From Vicugna vicugna (taxonomy: Eukaryota), in NCBI GenBank assembly GCA_013265495.1, contig MU058257.1, positions 1,257,262-1,321,261 of the forward strand: a DNA stretch of 64,000 nt. The letters are read 5' to 3'. Shown here piece by piece: positions 14,319 to 27,716 of this stretch; within the stretch, counting starts at the first letter, position 1; every line of letters begins with the position of its first letter. Made by a program: the position numbers and the translations under genes. The notes beneath the pieces are model-generated. The model searched no databases. It saw nothing but the letters and a program-made list of their open reading frames with translations, and was not told the DNA's origin.

Positions 14319-15597
14319 TGTGACCCAGCAGGACCCTCGGGGCCTTCCCGAGACCCCTCCCCACACCCTCCACTGCAGCTCCTCTGAAGGACCCAGGTAA
14401 CAGTACCTCACACAGATGTTCTGCACTTCTCAGATGCTCAAACCCACCACCCAGTGGAGGAAACTACCTGCTTGATGGTCATGAGCACGTGGCCCCCACA
14501 TGTTCAGGGCCTAAGGATTGATCACCATCAACCAATCTGACCTGTGCACAGCTGGTCCCAGATCCTGGGATGCCCTGCCCTCAACTGGCCTTTAAACAGG
14601 CTCAGCTGAAACCCTCCCGGGAGCTGAAGGTTTGGGGCTGGAGCCACGTGTTCCCGATGCTCTGCCCACAGTAAACCTTTCTCTGCTCCAAACTCTGGCA
14701 GTGCAGTCTGTTTGGCCTCACAGTGTGTTGGGCGCATGAACTTGCCTTCAGTTACAATTTCGGCAAAGCCAGCACAGGAGTCTGTGAGCATAGGAGGGCG
14801 ACCCGACCAGGGCCACCCCATCCTTGGTCCCAGCGGTGGCCAGAGCTCACTCCGCTCTGGAACCCTGGGGAACTCGCCCCGACAGGCCTGGCCACCCCGG
14901 CACCAGGCTGTCTGGAGCTGAGAGCCGTCGGGAGCTGCGTCCACACTCAGCGTCGCTGCGGGTGAGTGGCTCCAGCTCGCGCGGGCTGGGAATCCTCTGC
15001 CTCCATCTGGGCTCGTCCCCCGGGAAGGAGGCTGCTCTGGGTCTGTTCTCTGGGCGCGTCTGTCCGGAGGCCTCCGTCTGGGAGTGGAGGGGGGTTTAGA
15101 TGACACTTCCTCTGGTTGTCTGTGCCGATGCACCTTACTTACTGTGTTCCTGTGTGTGTGGTTTCAGGGTGAGCCGCGCCAGCCTGCGCAGGACGGAGGA
15201 GTCTACCCGCTCCTCCTGGGCCCCTTCCCGCCCGGGAGGTGAGTCATTCTGGGGTCTGTTCTCTCTCGGGAGCTGTTTTGTTTGTGGGACCGTGTTTGTT
15301 GTTTGTGTGTGTGTATCAGTAACGCACTGATCAGCTGACATGTCTCTGGGAGTCACGAGGCTCACTTGTGATGACATCGCGGTGTCCTGTTAGCAGTGCC
15401 CGGGGTGGAGCGTTGTCAGAACGGCCCTTCCCAGCCTTGGTCCTCTGTTCAGCACCATCTCTGACGGGGTGTTGGCTGGGAACCTCCCTTTTGCGGCCAG
15501 GGGGCTGTGACCTGAGAGACTGTTCTAAATTGCTGTTCGCTTGGTATTTGATATCGCTGGGTAGATACGTGGCCACGGGAACTTGTGTCCGGTAACA
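14319..15597 (+). mobile_element. Collapsed ERV1-class provirus A: 5' LTR (14319-14756), degenerate tRNA-Arg-like PBS, leader, and only the terminal ~25 bp of the 3' LTR
   Basis: TG...CA LTR; PBS-like cggcaaagccagcacaggagtc resembling TGGCGAGCCAGCCAGGAG; ends gaacttgtgtccggtaaCA; 4-bp TSD CTCT at 14315-14318 and 15598-15601. Confidence 0.8.
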
Positions 15598-16441
15598 CTC
15601 TTCCCCAAGACTTCTGGCTCCTCCAGGCCCTAAGACCCTGAGACGTTCCTCTGAGGCACCCCACCCCCTGCCCCCTCATCTCGGCACCCACCCACTGACT
15701 ACCTGTTCCACGCAAATCGACTTGGGAGTTCAATCAGTTTAGCCCTTTAATGGATATGACCTCTTATAGGGGGCCAGTGTTTCCTGATTCTTTCATGTTG
15801 GAAATGATGTCTCCCAAACAGTGGGCTTTTTGAAGGCAGAAGCTGTGACCAATGTATCTTTTAAAACACTCATCTGGCACCGTGCACAGCCCGTGAGCAG
15901 TCCCTGCTGAGTTGATTTGAACTCACTCTTCTCCTGGATCAGGATGAAATGGATTCTAACGTCTCCCTTCCCTGCACTGCTGGTCGGCAGGGAGTCACAG
16001 GATTGACAAGCTGACAGCTTCCCTAAGAGTCTGGATGTGCTTTAAGTTAATCAATGAATCAAGAACGTGGCGGGGAAGCTGCTGTGAGGGAAGGGCTGTG
16101 GAGAACACCATGAAACACAAAGTCCAGGCTGGGGCTCCAGGAAGCTGACAGAGCAGGGAGGCCCACAGGACGTGAGCACACAAAGGCAGGACCAACAGTG
16201 AACCGCCAAACGTGAGACGTGCTCGGTGGGCCGACCGTGTAATGGAAGAGCTGTGCACGGAGAGAAATCACGAGGCTGGAGCAGCCGTGGGGAGTTTTAG
16301 AAGCAGGAGATGGAAACTGGGCTGGACTTTGAAGGGAAAGGAGGATGAGGGCAGGTGGAATGGAAGGGAGGAGGGAGAGCTTTCAGTCCAGGGAACGCCC
16401 TGGACCCAAATCAGACACGAAGGGCAGGATGCGGTTTAATG

Positions 16442-16722
16442 TGTTACTGAGTCCAGATGCATTCTGCTTGCCGCACAACAGGCCAATAAATCAGGAGTCG
16501 AGGTGTTGGGGCAAGGAATAGTGACTTTATTCAGAAAGCAGAAGACTGCAGGCGGACTAATGTCCTGGAGACCCATCTTGCCCGAGTCAGAATTCAAGCT
16601 GCTTTTATACTAAAAGGGAAGGGGGTGTGGTTGGTTGCTGCAAACTTCCTGCAGCTGCCCACCTGGGTCAGCTCATGAAGTCCCTGTAAACCTCCAGCAA
16701 GACAAGATCTGTCCTTTTCTAT
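16442..16722 (-). mobile_element. Partial LTR, second ERV family (copy 3; U5/R end retained)
   Basis: tgttactgagtccag...caggccaataaatcaggag aligns to copy 2; similarity ends near 16720. Confidence 0.75.
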
Positions 16723-16907
16723 CACGTGGGGACACTTCCCCTTTCAGTACCTGCCTCACAGTGTTGGTAAGAGCATCAGCCGATAGTGTAGTTCTTAGTC
16801 CCACGCTCAGAACATGAGCCCCCGCTGTGTTAGTCATTCCCCTTCACTGATTCCTTTGTGAGAGCATCACGGGGGGACACACCTGACCCCACACTGGACC
16901 TGCGCCT

Positions 16908-17381
16908 TTGGCTCCAACCCTGGGCTCTGTTGCCTGGGCTCAGTCACGCTGGTTCTGCACCTTTTGTAAAAGATTGTTGTCTAGAGCCTGAAATACGCAG
17001 GGGAGAACATTCTCAAGGCTCTGACCTTTAAGGATATGAACACTTTTACACTCATAAAGATAGTAAGTTGCAGAATAGAAAATAATGTGTGTCTTGTTGG
17101 AGGTTTACAGGGGCACCATGACCTGTCCCACGTGGTCAGCTGCAAGAACAAAGGATTCTGACTCCAAGAAATTTGCCGCAACCAAAAACACTCCCTCCCC
17201 TTTTTAGTGTAAAAGCAGCCTGAATTCTGACTTGGGGAAGATGGTTCTCCAGGGCATCAGTCTGCCATCTTCTCAGTCTGCTGGCTTTGTGAATAAAGTC
17301 ACTATTCCTTGACCCAAGGCCTTGACTCCAGATTTATTGGCCTGTCATGCAATGAGCAGAACAAGTTTGGACTCAGTAACA
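16908..17381 (+). mobile_element. LTR, second ERV family (copy 4; U3 start missing)
   Basis: Reverse complement of copies 1 and 2; contains AATAAA and ends ggactcagtaaCA. Confidence 0.8.
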
Positions 17382-17495
17382 CCCATTTCACAGATGGGAA
17401 CATGGAGGCTTGGAGGGGTTAAAATCGAAGGTTACCCAGCGCTGGGATTCAAACCCAGGTTGGCTGACTCAAGCTCATGCCCCTTGACACTGCAC
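17382..17495 (-). mobile_element. MIR fragment
   Basis: cccatttcacagatgggaacatggaggct...ctgggattcaaacccagg. Confidence 0.65.
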
Positions 17496-18014
17496 TAAAT
17501 TGTGCCACAAGCAAGGCTGAGGACAATATGACCCAGAACAGGGGGCAATGGGGTGGGGGGGAACAGTGAGCCCCAGTGGGGCAGTGAGGGTCCCCAGAAA
17601 CCAGGGCCTCAGGCACAGGCACTGGTGAATCCACAGAGGGCACCAGCAGCAGAGGGAACAAAGGCAACCAGAGTGAAGACCACGGGCAAACTGAGAGTCT
17701 CAGAGATATTGGGGCTGGTGGCATCAACCTGTAGATGGTAGTGGAAGGGACTGAGCAGGGAGGGGACAGACGAGATCAGAGATGAGGGTCCAGGACAGAT
17801 TCCAGATGAACACCAGCATCTCAGGAATGAAGGAGAGGGTCGGAATCCCACGCACAGAATTTTATTAAAACACATCAAGTTACATTAGGGATAACTCAAG
17901 AGTCTAGGAGTATTTGCCTTTTTAAAGTCTTTCTGCTTCAGACGTACCTACATCTCTTTCTTATGCCTTGCTCTGTCTCTTTCTCTCATTGTTTCCAGAA
18001 ACACTACATGCTTG

Positions 18015-18810
18015 CTTTTTTTGTTGTTATTGAAGTATAGTCGGTCTACAACGTTTTGTTAATTTCTGGTGCACAGCATAGTGATACATTTATACATGTA
18101 TATATATTCCTTTCCATATTCTTTTTCATTATAGGCCATTACAAGGTATTGAATGTAGTTCCCTGTTTTATACAGTAGGACCTTGTTTATCTATTTTTTT
18201 TAATAGAAAAGAACAAATCTGACTCTATTAAATCTGTTCCTTTAGCTTTAACCACTGTGCCCTGCTTTTTAGGATTAGCCTTGCTGGCTCTGCACTCACA
18301 TAAAGATAACAAGTTGCAGAATAGAGAATAACCTTTGTTTTGTTGGAGGTTTTGCAGGAGCGCTGTGTGACCTGGCCCACATGGACAGCTGCAAGAACAA
18401 AGAATTTCTACACTGAGAAGTTTGCAGCAACTAACCACAACCCCTCCCCTGTTTTTTTTTGTTTTTGTTTTTGTTTTTGTTTTTTGTATAAAAGAAGCCT
18501 GCATTCTGACTGGAGCAGGATGGTTCTCCAAGACATCTGTCCTCCATCTTCTCGTTCTGCTGCTTTTCTGAATAATGTCGCTATTCCTTGCCCCACCCCC
18601 TCATCTTCTGATTTATTGGCCTGTCGTGTGGCGAGCAGAACGAGTTTGGATTTGGTAACATTTTGTATTTAGTAGTTTGTATCTTCAAAGCCCAAACTCC
18701 CAACTTATCCCTCCACCCCCCATCCCTTTCCACCTTGGTAACCATAAGTTTGTTTTCTATGTCTGCGAGTCTGCTTCTGTTTTGTAAGTAAGTTCATTTG
18801 TGTCATTTTA
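18015..18810 (-). mobile_element. L1 3' UTR fragment, split by LTR copy 5
   Basis: ttgaagtatagtcggtctacaacg... and ccttggtaaccataagtttgttttctatgtctg match the other L1 3' ends in the window. Confidence 0.8.
18199..18660 (+). mobile_element. Solo LTR, second ERV family (copy 5), inserted in an L1 3' fragment
   Basis: Ends ggatttggtaaCA; flanked by tttt/tttt; the L1 3' UTR sequence resumes exactly after it. Confidence 0.8.
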
Positions 18811-19181
18811 CACACTTGCTTTAAGTGCAAAAAGGAAAACTAGAAAGATACTCCAGAAAAACTTTTAACGTCCTTGAAACAAAGTTTTAGGCAAAGCATT
18901 CACTCAACAAACATGTACTAGACGCCTACTATGAGAAAGCGGCCGGGAAGAGCCAGGTTAACTCCGTGGCCCATCGCTTACACAAAGTGAACCTATCAGA
19001 GGTGATGGACGCAGTGCCCTGGGTGCCACCTGGGCACCACAGAGTGTGACCCGAGCCTGGGGCATATTTGGAGAGATGCTGCTGAACTGGTTGGTGAAAC
19101 CTAAGGAGAGTGGAGGCTGGGTCACCAGAGAAGGACTTGCTTAGGGCAGAGGCAAAACCAAAGTCAGAAATAAGCCAGAAA

Positions 19182-19309
19182 GGGGAGGGTAGAGCTCAGT
19201 GGAAGAGCTTAGCATGCATGAGGTCCTGGGTTCAATCCCCAGCACCTCCATTAAAAATAAATAAATAACCGTAATTATACCACCACCACCCCCCCAAAGA
19301 AAAGAAAGA
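19182..19309 (+). mobile_element. tRNA-derived SINE (camelid Vic-1-like)
   Basis: ggggagggtagagctcagtgg (A box)...gggttcaatcccc (B box), AT-rich middle, C-run and A-rich tail. Confidence 0.85.
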
Positions 19310-21099
19310 AGCCTAAAACACAACATTGGGATGAAACAAATCGTTGAGGTTAACTGGGTGAGATCAATATGGAGATGTAAGTGTCAGAATCAGGCCTCAG
19401 AGCAGGCCCGAGATCAAGGATTCAGGGCTGCAGGCTGTGCGCTGTGGAAGGGTGCTGCCTCTGTCTACATCCGTGGGCCGAAGTCTCACCTGGATCTGAA
19501 TGGACCCGAGCCCTGCAGCACGTGGGGGTCACTGCATGGTGCTGCGGCATCTCTTGGGGACCCTACCTTCTGGCTCACCAAGATGGGATACAACATGCGT
19601 GTTCCTAAAAAATCTGAGTATTTGTGGTTTTTGTTTTTTGTTTTTTACAACAGATGGTCCCATTTATTTTCACATGAAAAACCATAGCTCTTAGCAAAGA
19701 AAAGTTTATAAAGAAACGGGCTAAGAGAAGATGCAGGATGATGGAGTCAGACTGAAGAGAGAAAGGAGGCCGCTGGCCTGTTACAGTCACACTGTGGCAG
19801 CAGGCACCCCTTAATGCAGAGAATTCTTTAATGTGGCTGTTAACCACGCCACCCACCCTAGGCTCGTGTTCTCCTTTGTAGGAAACTTAATCAGAGAGCA
19901 CACAGCACTTCCTATCCCTCGAGGGTGATCAGCACTCCCACCTGTGCCAAGAGTCCGTCTACCCAAGCCGGCATTCCCCGTCTCCCCAGGTCTCAAGAGG
20001 AAATTTGGCTCTCCTGAGCAAGGCATGAATCTCTGACCGTCTCTTAATGGCCAACATTATTAAATAGTAATCAGATGGTTCCAGATGCCTCAGCATCTTG
20101 TCATCTCAGGATTCAAAGGACCTCAGAAGGGCCTGGCAACTGTCCCAAGGAGAAGCTGGAAGACTTGTACCCTGACTTCCCAGTGTGTGACCTGAGTTCT
20201 CTGGGTCTCTGGCTCACCCTCAGTTTGAGCTCGAGTGAGGAATAGTTATCTTGTGGCTGCATTTCTGGAAAAGCTGTGATTTGGGCCATAAATGAGGGGA
20301 GAAGGATCTGGGGAGGTCTCTACCATGCAGAGAACAGCCAGCGTTCTTGCCCCCGTCGAGTCCGCCCCTCCATCCTGGGGCTTAGTCGGCAGCTAAGTGG
20401 GAGCTCTTGTTTTCCGTGTTTGTAAAAGCTAAGCTTTTAAATCATTCTTTTTTTTTTTTTTGATGAAGCTTTAAAATCCTTTGATAAAGGCAAACCAGAA
20501 AAGATCATCCCAGGAGTTCATCATAAGAGATGTAGGCTTTTCCCAGCTACTGAATCGCTGACGAAGAAAACAGGCAAACAGGATGGAAGGCTTTTGTTTC
20601 CGAACCAACCTGAGGGCTCAGAAAACTTCCCGGGCTCCACTTTATTACACCCAGCTTTTCTTTGAAAGGAGAAGTAAAACTCTCCCAAACCTCTTTCACA
20701 TGCTCGATGGAAGGGAGTTTCTCTGTTAACTTCTTCAGCTGAAGTCTGTGTCAACATTAGCAAACTCCCATGGAGCCAGCAGGTTTGGGGAGCCGTCAAC
20801 ACAGTTTTGACCAATGACACTCACCCACAGGACATGGGGTGGTTACTAGTTGGGAAATCGGGTTATTCCTAGACAGGAGCCAGTGGAGACATTCAAGGGC
20901 TTTAAACTGGCAGTAAGTTAGGGAGCTGTTCCCGGTACAGAATAGACAAGACTGTCTACTGCTCTCAGTCCACAGCAAGGAAGGGACACCAAGTCTGGTC
21001 AAAGCCCACCCAGCTGGAAGAGGGTATGAGAACTCCTCTCTCTGGGGCTTCTTGTAACATATTATGGCACAGTAAGACCATCCTGCAAAGAAAAGGGAG

Positions 21100-21852
21100 T
21101 GATGAAAGCTAGAGAGGGTGTGGGGAAGTGGAACCTCCTACACTGCTGGTGGGAATGCAGTTTGGTGCAGCCACTGTGGAAAACAGTATGGAGATTCCTC
21201 AAAAGACTAAAAATAGACTTACTCTATGACCCAGCAACCCCACTCCTGGGCATGTATCCAGAAGGAACCCTAATTCAAAAAGACACCTGCACCCCAATGT
21301 TCACAGCAGCACTATTTACAATAGCCAAGACATGGAAGCAACCTAAACATCCATCAACAGATAACAGGATAAGGAAGCTGTGGTATATTTATACAGTGGA
21401 ATATTACTCAGCCATGAAAAGAATAAAATAGCGCCATTTGCAGCAACATGGATGTCCCTGGAGAATGGCATTCTAAGTGAAGTAAGCCAGAAAGAAAGAA
21501 AAATACCATATGATAGCACTTGTATGTGGAATCCTAAAAAAAAAAAAGACAAATGAACTTAAAACAGAAACAGACTCACAGACATAGAATAGAAACTTGT
21601 GTTTGTCAGCGTGGAGAGGAGTGGGAAGGGACAGACTGGGAGTTTGAGATTTGTAGATACTGACAGGTATATACAGAATAGATAAACAAGTTTATACTGT
21701 ACAGTACAGGGAAATATATTCAAGATCTTATAGTAGCTCATGGTGAAAATATAAAAATGAATATCTGTATTTTCATGTATGACTGAAAAATTGTGCTGTA
21801 CACCAGAAATTGACACAACATTGTAAACTGACTGTAACTCAATTAAAAAAAA
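21100..21852 (+). mobile_element. 5'-truncated L1 (ORF2 C-terminus, 3' UTR, A-tail)
   Basis: [40 protein letters not shown] is the L1 ORF2 C-terminal signature. Confidence 0.92.
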
Positions 21853-23316
21853 GGGACTGATGAAAGCATGGTACACGTTTACCACCCACATCAACAAAAT
21901 CTCCAAATTCGGTTATTCCTCTTAGTCAGAGACACAGTAAAGTGTACCAGAGAAGGGGTCGTCACATCTAAGGACTTTCATGACCCACATGGAGTGATCT
22001 TATTGAGAAAAAAAATAACCTTATATACACGCACACTACATTTAAAGTTCATTTCTTGGATTGATGAGGTATTGTTATATGGTAGCATTTATAATACTCT
22101 ATAGATATTTCAAGAGAAAAACCTGCTCTGGCCTGGGTGTCCTCCCGCAGCAGCCAGAAGTCACGGTCGCTCAGTGGGCAGTGAGCACTTGTCACCACGG
22201 GGGACACCCAGTGCCCAGCAGTGGGTGAAAGGACCAAGGGTGACTAGAAAGTTCTTAATCTTTTAAAAATAACATGACTATCTTTAATGGAGACACAGAT
22301 AAAGAAATAAATACACATCCTTGTCCAAACACTCAGCGATAACTCAATATTGGTGGTATCTCTTTCTTAACACGTGTGTACATACACACACGTACACCCG
22401 TGTATGCAGTCAGTTGTGACGTGGGCACAATCAGATACCCTGCTGCCTTTCATTGAACAATATATTGTGATTATATTTCCATGTTGGTGAAATTTATTCT
22501 TAAACATTAATTTTAATAGTTCATAACATACTGGTACATCTTATACTGTAGTGTACTTAGCCATTCCCTGAATTTTGCATGGTTAAGTCCAATTTTTCTA
22601 AATAATGTTTTTTTTTTAAACAGCTTTGGGTATAAATCCATCCACCTTTTGGGCTGTTTCATTAGTTGCATTTTAGAAAATGAAACCACCACGCCATAGG
22701 GTACAAAGTTTCCAGGTTCTTGATATTTTGCCAAATTGTTAGGTTTTCAGGATTCTTCTCAGCTCAGCTCAGCTCACAGTCAGTCCTCACCACCTGTCAC
22801 TGTCCCCGTCCTATGTCCCCTCCTCCTGCTGGTCTCTCACAGCAACTTGGTTTTGAGAGCTTTTGTCACAGCTTAACGTACCACCTCTGTTAGTGTTTGT
22901 TTAATCCGCGTTTGCGTCTGCCTGGGGACTGTAACTTTGACGGGAACATGCCTGTCTCTCTGGTTATCCCTGAAGGCGCAGGGATGGCACAGTCTGGTAT
23001 ATGTCAGCCCCGGGATGGGTGGATGGATGACTATTCCATCATCACGGAGCGGGTTTGGGCCTTGTGGCTGCTGTGATTCTGGTCGGAGTGGCCCAGCCCT
23101 AGGCAGGGGGACCATCCCGTTTCGGAAGAGTCCTGCCTCCCAGCATCTGAGTGGGCAATGGTTAGAGCCGAACTGCTGCCTTCCCCCTCAGAGGACACAG
23201 AGCTTTATTTCGCTCTGCGTCCCCTTTCACTTCAGCCCTCAGGAGATGCCAGGATGTCTAGACTTTGCTCACAACGTGGTCTGACATCCCTACAGGGCGC
23301 TCTCCATCCCCACTAC

Positions 23317-23440
23317 TTTTTTTTTTTTCTTTTGGCAGAGGAATAATTAGGTTTATTTAGTTTTAGAGGAGGGACTGGGGATTGAAGCCAGGACCGCCCG
23401 CATGCCAAGCACATGCACCACCCCTGAGCTACACTCTCCC
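23317..23440 (-). mobile_element. tRNA-derived SINE (Vic-1-like)
   Basis: Reverse complement of the same SINE, with a T-tail. Confidence 0.8.
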
Positions 23441-25743
23441 TGCCCCCCCGCCCCGCTTCCTCCTGTGGCCCCACAGCTGTTTTCTGCTCATGTGATGCCT
23501 GTTTCCAGCTTAGAAGTGGGCGAGGGGTCCCCCTCTCTCCTGCTGAGACTCCCCGTCATTGCCCTCCCTTCTCCCCACTCCCCCCCACCCCACGCCTTGC
23601 TGCTGTGAATTCCTACAGCTCTTCTCTGTGCCCGTCTTCTGCAAGGTCTCCATCCTCAGGGGGTGTCAGCGCCTGGACCGCTGTCCTGCAACCGTGTTTG
23701 CTGCTGTTGTTGATTTCAGCGCCCACGAAGAAGATCCTTCTGACGCGGTCTCTCCATTCCCCACCTCTCACATCTGCCACCTTCTCCCCTGCCGCATACT
23801 CAATACTCCCTCCGCAACTTCCCCTTGGCACAGCCTGCCCATCAGCTCCGATCCCTGATCCAGGACCTGTGTTGCTTCCTGTCCTCGCCTGGCTCCCGCC
23901 TCACTTCCTCCCCACCCAGCTCGGTCATTGTCCGCCGTCTGCAGCCACTCACCCGACCAGACGTGAGCCTGGCCTCCTGACTGCCCTGGGACACACCGGG
24001 CACAGGGCAGCTTCGCGTCTGCACACGAGGATGCTTCTCCCAGGCAGGCTCTTCCTTCACTCAGCCCCTCGGCCTTTCAGACCTCCGCTCATCTGTGATT
24101 GCTGACCGCGGTCCGCTCTGCCAAAGTAGCAGACCCCTCCGTTCTGCCATTTCCTATTTCCTAACCCTGTAAACAAGCAGGACCCTAGGGGCCTTCCCCA
24201 GACACACGCCTCTCCATATCCTCTGTTTTAGGTCCTCTCTGAAGGATCAGGTAACAGTATCTCACACAGATGTCCTGAGCTTCCAAAACCACCACCCAGT
24301 GGAGGAAATTCCCTGCTTGACGGTCATGAGCATGTGGCGCCCAGACATTCAGGGCCTAAGGATTGATCACCATCAACCAATCTGAACTGTGCACAGCTGG
24401 TCCCAGATCCTGGGATGCCCTGCCCTCAACTGGCCTTTAAACAGGCTCAGCTGAAACCCTCCCAGGAGCTGGAGGTTTGGGGCTGGAGCCACATGTTCTC
24501 GATGCTCTGCCCACAGTAAACCTTTCTCTGCTCCAAACTCCCCCGGTTCAGTCTGTTTGGCTTCACGGTGCATCGGGCACGTGAACTTGCCTTCAGTCAC
24601 GATTTCGGCAAAGCCAGCACAGGAGCCTGTGCCCATGGGAGGGCGACCCGGCCAGGGCCACCCCTTCCTGGGTCCCAGCAGCGGCCGGAGCTCACTCCGC
24701 TCCAGGACCCCAGGGGACTCGCCCCGACAGGCCCGGCCACCCCGGCACCAGGCTGTCTGGAGCCGAGAGCCGTCGGGAGCTGCGTCCACGCTCGGCGTCG
24801 CTGCGGGTGAGTGGCTCCAGCTCGCGCGGGCTGGGAATCCTCTGCCTCCATCTGGGCTCGTCCCCCGGGAAGGAGGCTGCTCTGGGTCTGTTCTCTGGGC
24901 GCGTCTGTCCGGAGGCCTCCGTCTGGGAGTGGACGGGTGGTTTAGACGACACTTCCTCTGGTTGTCTGTGCCGATGCATCTTACTTACTGTGTTCCTGTG
25001 TGTGCGGTTTCGGGATGAGCCACTTCGGCCTGCGCAGGACGGAGGAGTCTAAGTGCTCCTCCTGGGACCCTTCCCGCCCGGGAGGTGAGTCACTCACTGG
25101 GAGCCACTCTGGGATCCTTTCTCTTTCAGGAGCCAGGCCACGCTGCAGGCCTCTATCTGGGACTGGAAGTGGAAGTCTGGGGCTCCATCTCATCTAATGT
25201 GGGGCTGTGTGTGTGTGTGTGTGTGTGTCAGCACTTGCACTGGCCGGTTGCGACGTCTTTAGTGAGTAACCGGGCTCACGCGTGCCAACACCAGGGCGTC
25301 CCCCCGAGTTGTGCTGACTTGGCTCGGGGTGGAGCTCGGTTGGATGTTCCCTTCCTAGTGCTGGTCCTTCACTCAGCTTCACTCTGACGGGGCACGGGTT
25401 GCTGTTTCTCCCCTTTTGGATGACGGGTCGCCGGTTGGGAACCTCCTTTGTGGGGCTGGAGAACTGTGACCTGACGGACCATTTTGCATCGCATTTGCTT
25501 GATATTTGACAACACCAGCCGTGAATAATTATTATGAGTATTCAGAGCTCTATTCCACATTATCATCCCCTGGGGCAACTTTGCAAAACTGGGAGATCTT
25601 TAGCTATGATCCCATAAATGAAAGAAAATGATTGATTTTTATCTGGGGGAGGGGTGTGGGTGTGTGAGTGTCTTGGTACCTGAGTCCAAACTCTGTTCTC
25701 TCTTCCTGGTTTTGCTGAAAGTGAGGCATCTAAATGTGAGTTG

Positions 25744-25750
<7 letters not shown>

Positions 25751-25776
<26 letters not shown>
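25751..25776 (+). repeat. (AC)n microsatellite
   Basis: acacacacacacacacacacacacac. Confidence 0.95.
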
Positions 25777-25777
<1 letters not shown>

Positions 25778-27716
25778 ACTAATAACAATTAATATATAAT
25801 TATATAATGTATAATAATATATATATTGTTGCCTACTGCTGTAATTTCTTTAAACTTAAGTGGATATTTGGGAATTAGAAAAAAAAATCCCTGAAAATAG
25901 CCAAGATGATTGGGTTTTGTAAAAACAGTTAGAGAAAGAATTTGCACTTCTCTTCCTGTGCGTTTAAGATGTAAGATGATCTATCTGGGTGTTCAGGGAG
26001 GAGGGGATAAAAGAGGTTTTTAAAAACTCAAGTGGAAAAACTGTGAGACCTCTGGTTCTGTCTTTATGTAAAAATTAACTTATAAATGAGCTCTATTTAA
26101 TTGGCTTAAAAGTAAGTGCTTACAAATAAAATACTTCTAAGTATAAAAGAAGCTAGACAGAACAAATTTCAGGTTTACAAATCTAGGAACTATTCAACAT
26201 TAAATATCTGATGTTAAATCCAGCTTAAGCTTGTTGGTATAATCAATACAGACATGTCTTTCTTTGTACATAGGCTTCCTGAAAGTCAGTAAGTTTGTTA
26301 CTCCTGTTGCCGAGTTTGTCAGCAGAAGGAAAAAGAATTAATTTGGTATGATGAAATTCTTGTAAGTAAATTAAATGCAAATGAGATAAGAGCTTTTGGG
26401 TGAATGCTTTACAGATAATTATGTTTTAGGAATGTCTACTTAAAAATGATTTCTCCAGGTATTTTGTAACTTGAATTTTTATAATTGTGAATTAAGTTAA
26501 ATGATGGGAGTTTATTGAATAGCTGAACAGCTAGGTCATTCCCAAACGAAATGAGACACTGAAGCCTTATTTACTGACTTCCTTAACAGAGAAGCCAAAG
26601 GTGTTTTAGAACTATTATTAAATGTGTTTGGTGCCACATTGAGATATTTTCTGTAGAAAGCACGTTTTTAGAGATTATTGTTGCTGTTTGTGTATGCCAG
26701 TCTACAGAATGCTAATGTGAGGAGTGGTTAGGAGCTGAGGATTATAATTTAAATATGTAATTAAAACTACTAAGAATAATGAAGTATACAGTAGGAAAAT
26801 GGGATGTATGTTCTGAGTAATAAGAAGGCATAAGGAATGGAACTGCAGTTTGCTAATGGAAAAGAAAATGATTTGGCCCTAGAGCTGGTTGTATCTGGAT
26901 GGGAAATAATAAAGGACAAACTAATATGAATATAGAGATTTAGTGGAAAGGGGGCCCTAAAAAAGGAGTTCTGTGCATGGTGGGGCTAAGATTAGGTTAA
27001 ACTTCATGAGGTGAATGGGTTTTGTTATTAAAAGGACTAGATCTGTGTTTCTGATAACAGATTGTGTGAAACTTTTTGATATTCTTGACAAACTTCCTAT
27101 CAAATTTGAATTAATAATGTTCTTTCTGACTTCGGCTAACTTCGGGGTGCTTCAGATGGCCCTGGAGGCATCTCAGAAATATTTAACCAGCACTGGCTGG
27201 TATGTTAAACTGCGTGGGAAGCATTGATAAATGAGGAATAAGCCTCTTTGGACTGTGTGGTATGGAGAGAGGTTATCGGTGTGGACATTCTGGAAATTGT
27301 GTGGGGCCTGAAGTTTGGCTGTGTCCTGGTGTGATGCTGTCAGTCACAGCAAGGTGACTGGTTCTTATCCTGAAGTGTCATCTGTCACAGCAACTTTTTA
27401 AAGCTTTTTTGGGGGTCAGATCTTTTGCTTGCCTTTGGGGTCTTTAGTCATCATAGACAGCTAAGCTGATGCTCACAGGGCTGCTTCGTCTCCCAGAGAA
27501 CTCATGGAAGGGACTTGGCGGCAAGGGCAGTTTTCTTTTCCATCGTGCAGCTGAGCTGGGTGGGGTGTTTGAAGACCAGTGAAAACTGACCTCGTGGAGC
27601 TCCGGGCAGAAGGGGTTTGATCGTGTGGGACTGGGCGGGCTGATGAATGAGATTGTGGGTTTGTGGTTTTGTCAGAAATATTGCTGGCTTTAATCTATGC
27701 TTTTTAAATGTATTCA

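Noticed and set aside
14528..15133. 201-aa ORF with paralogous ORFs at 24373-25018 and 34258-34674
   Set aside because: Antisense translations of LTR/leader sequence; frames are not preserved between copies.
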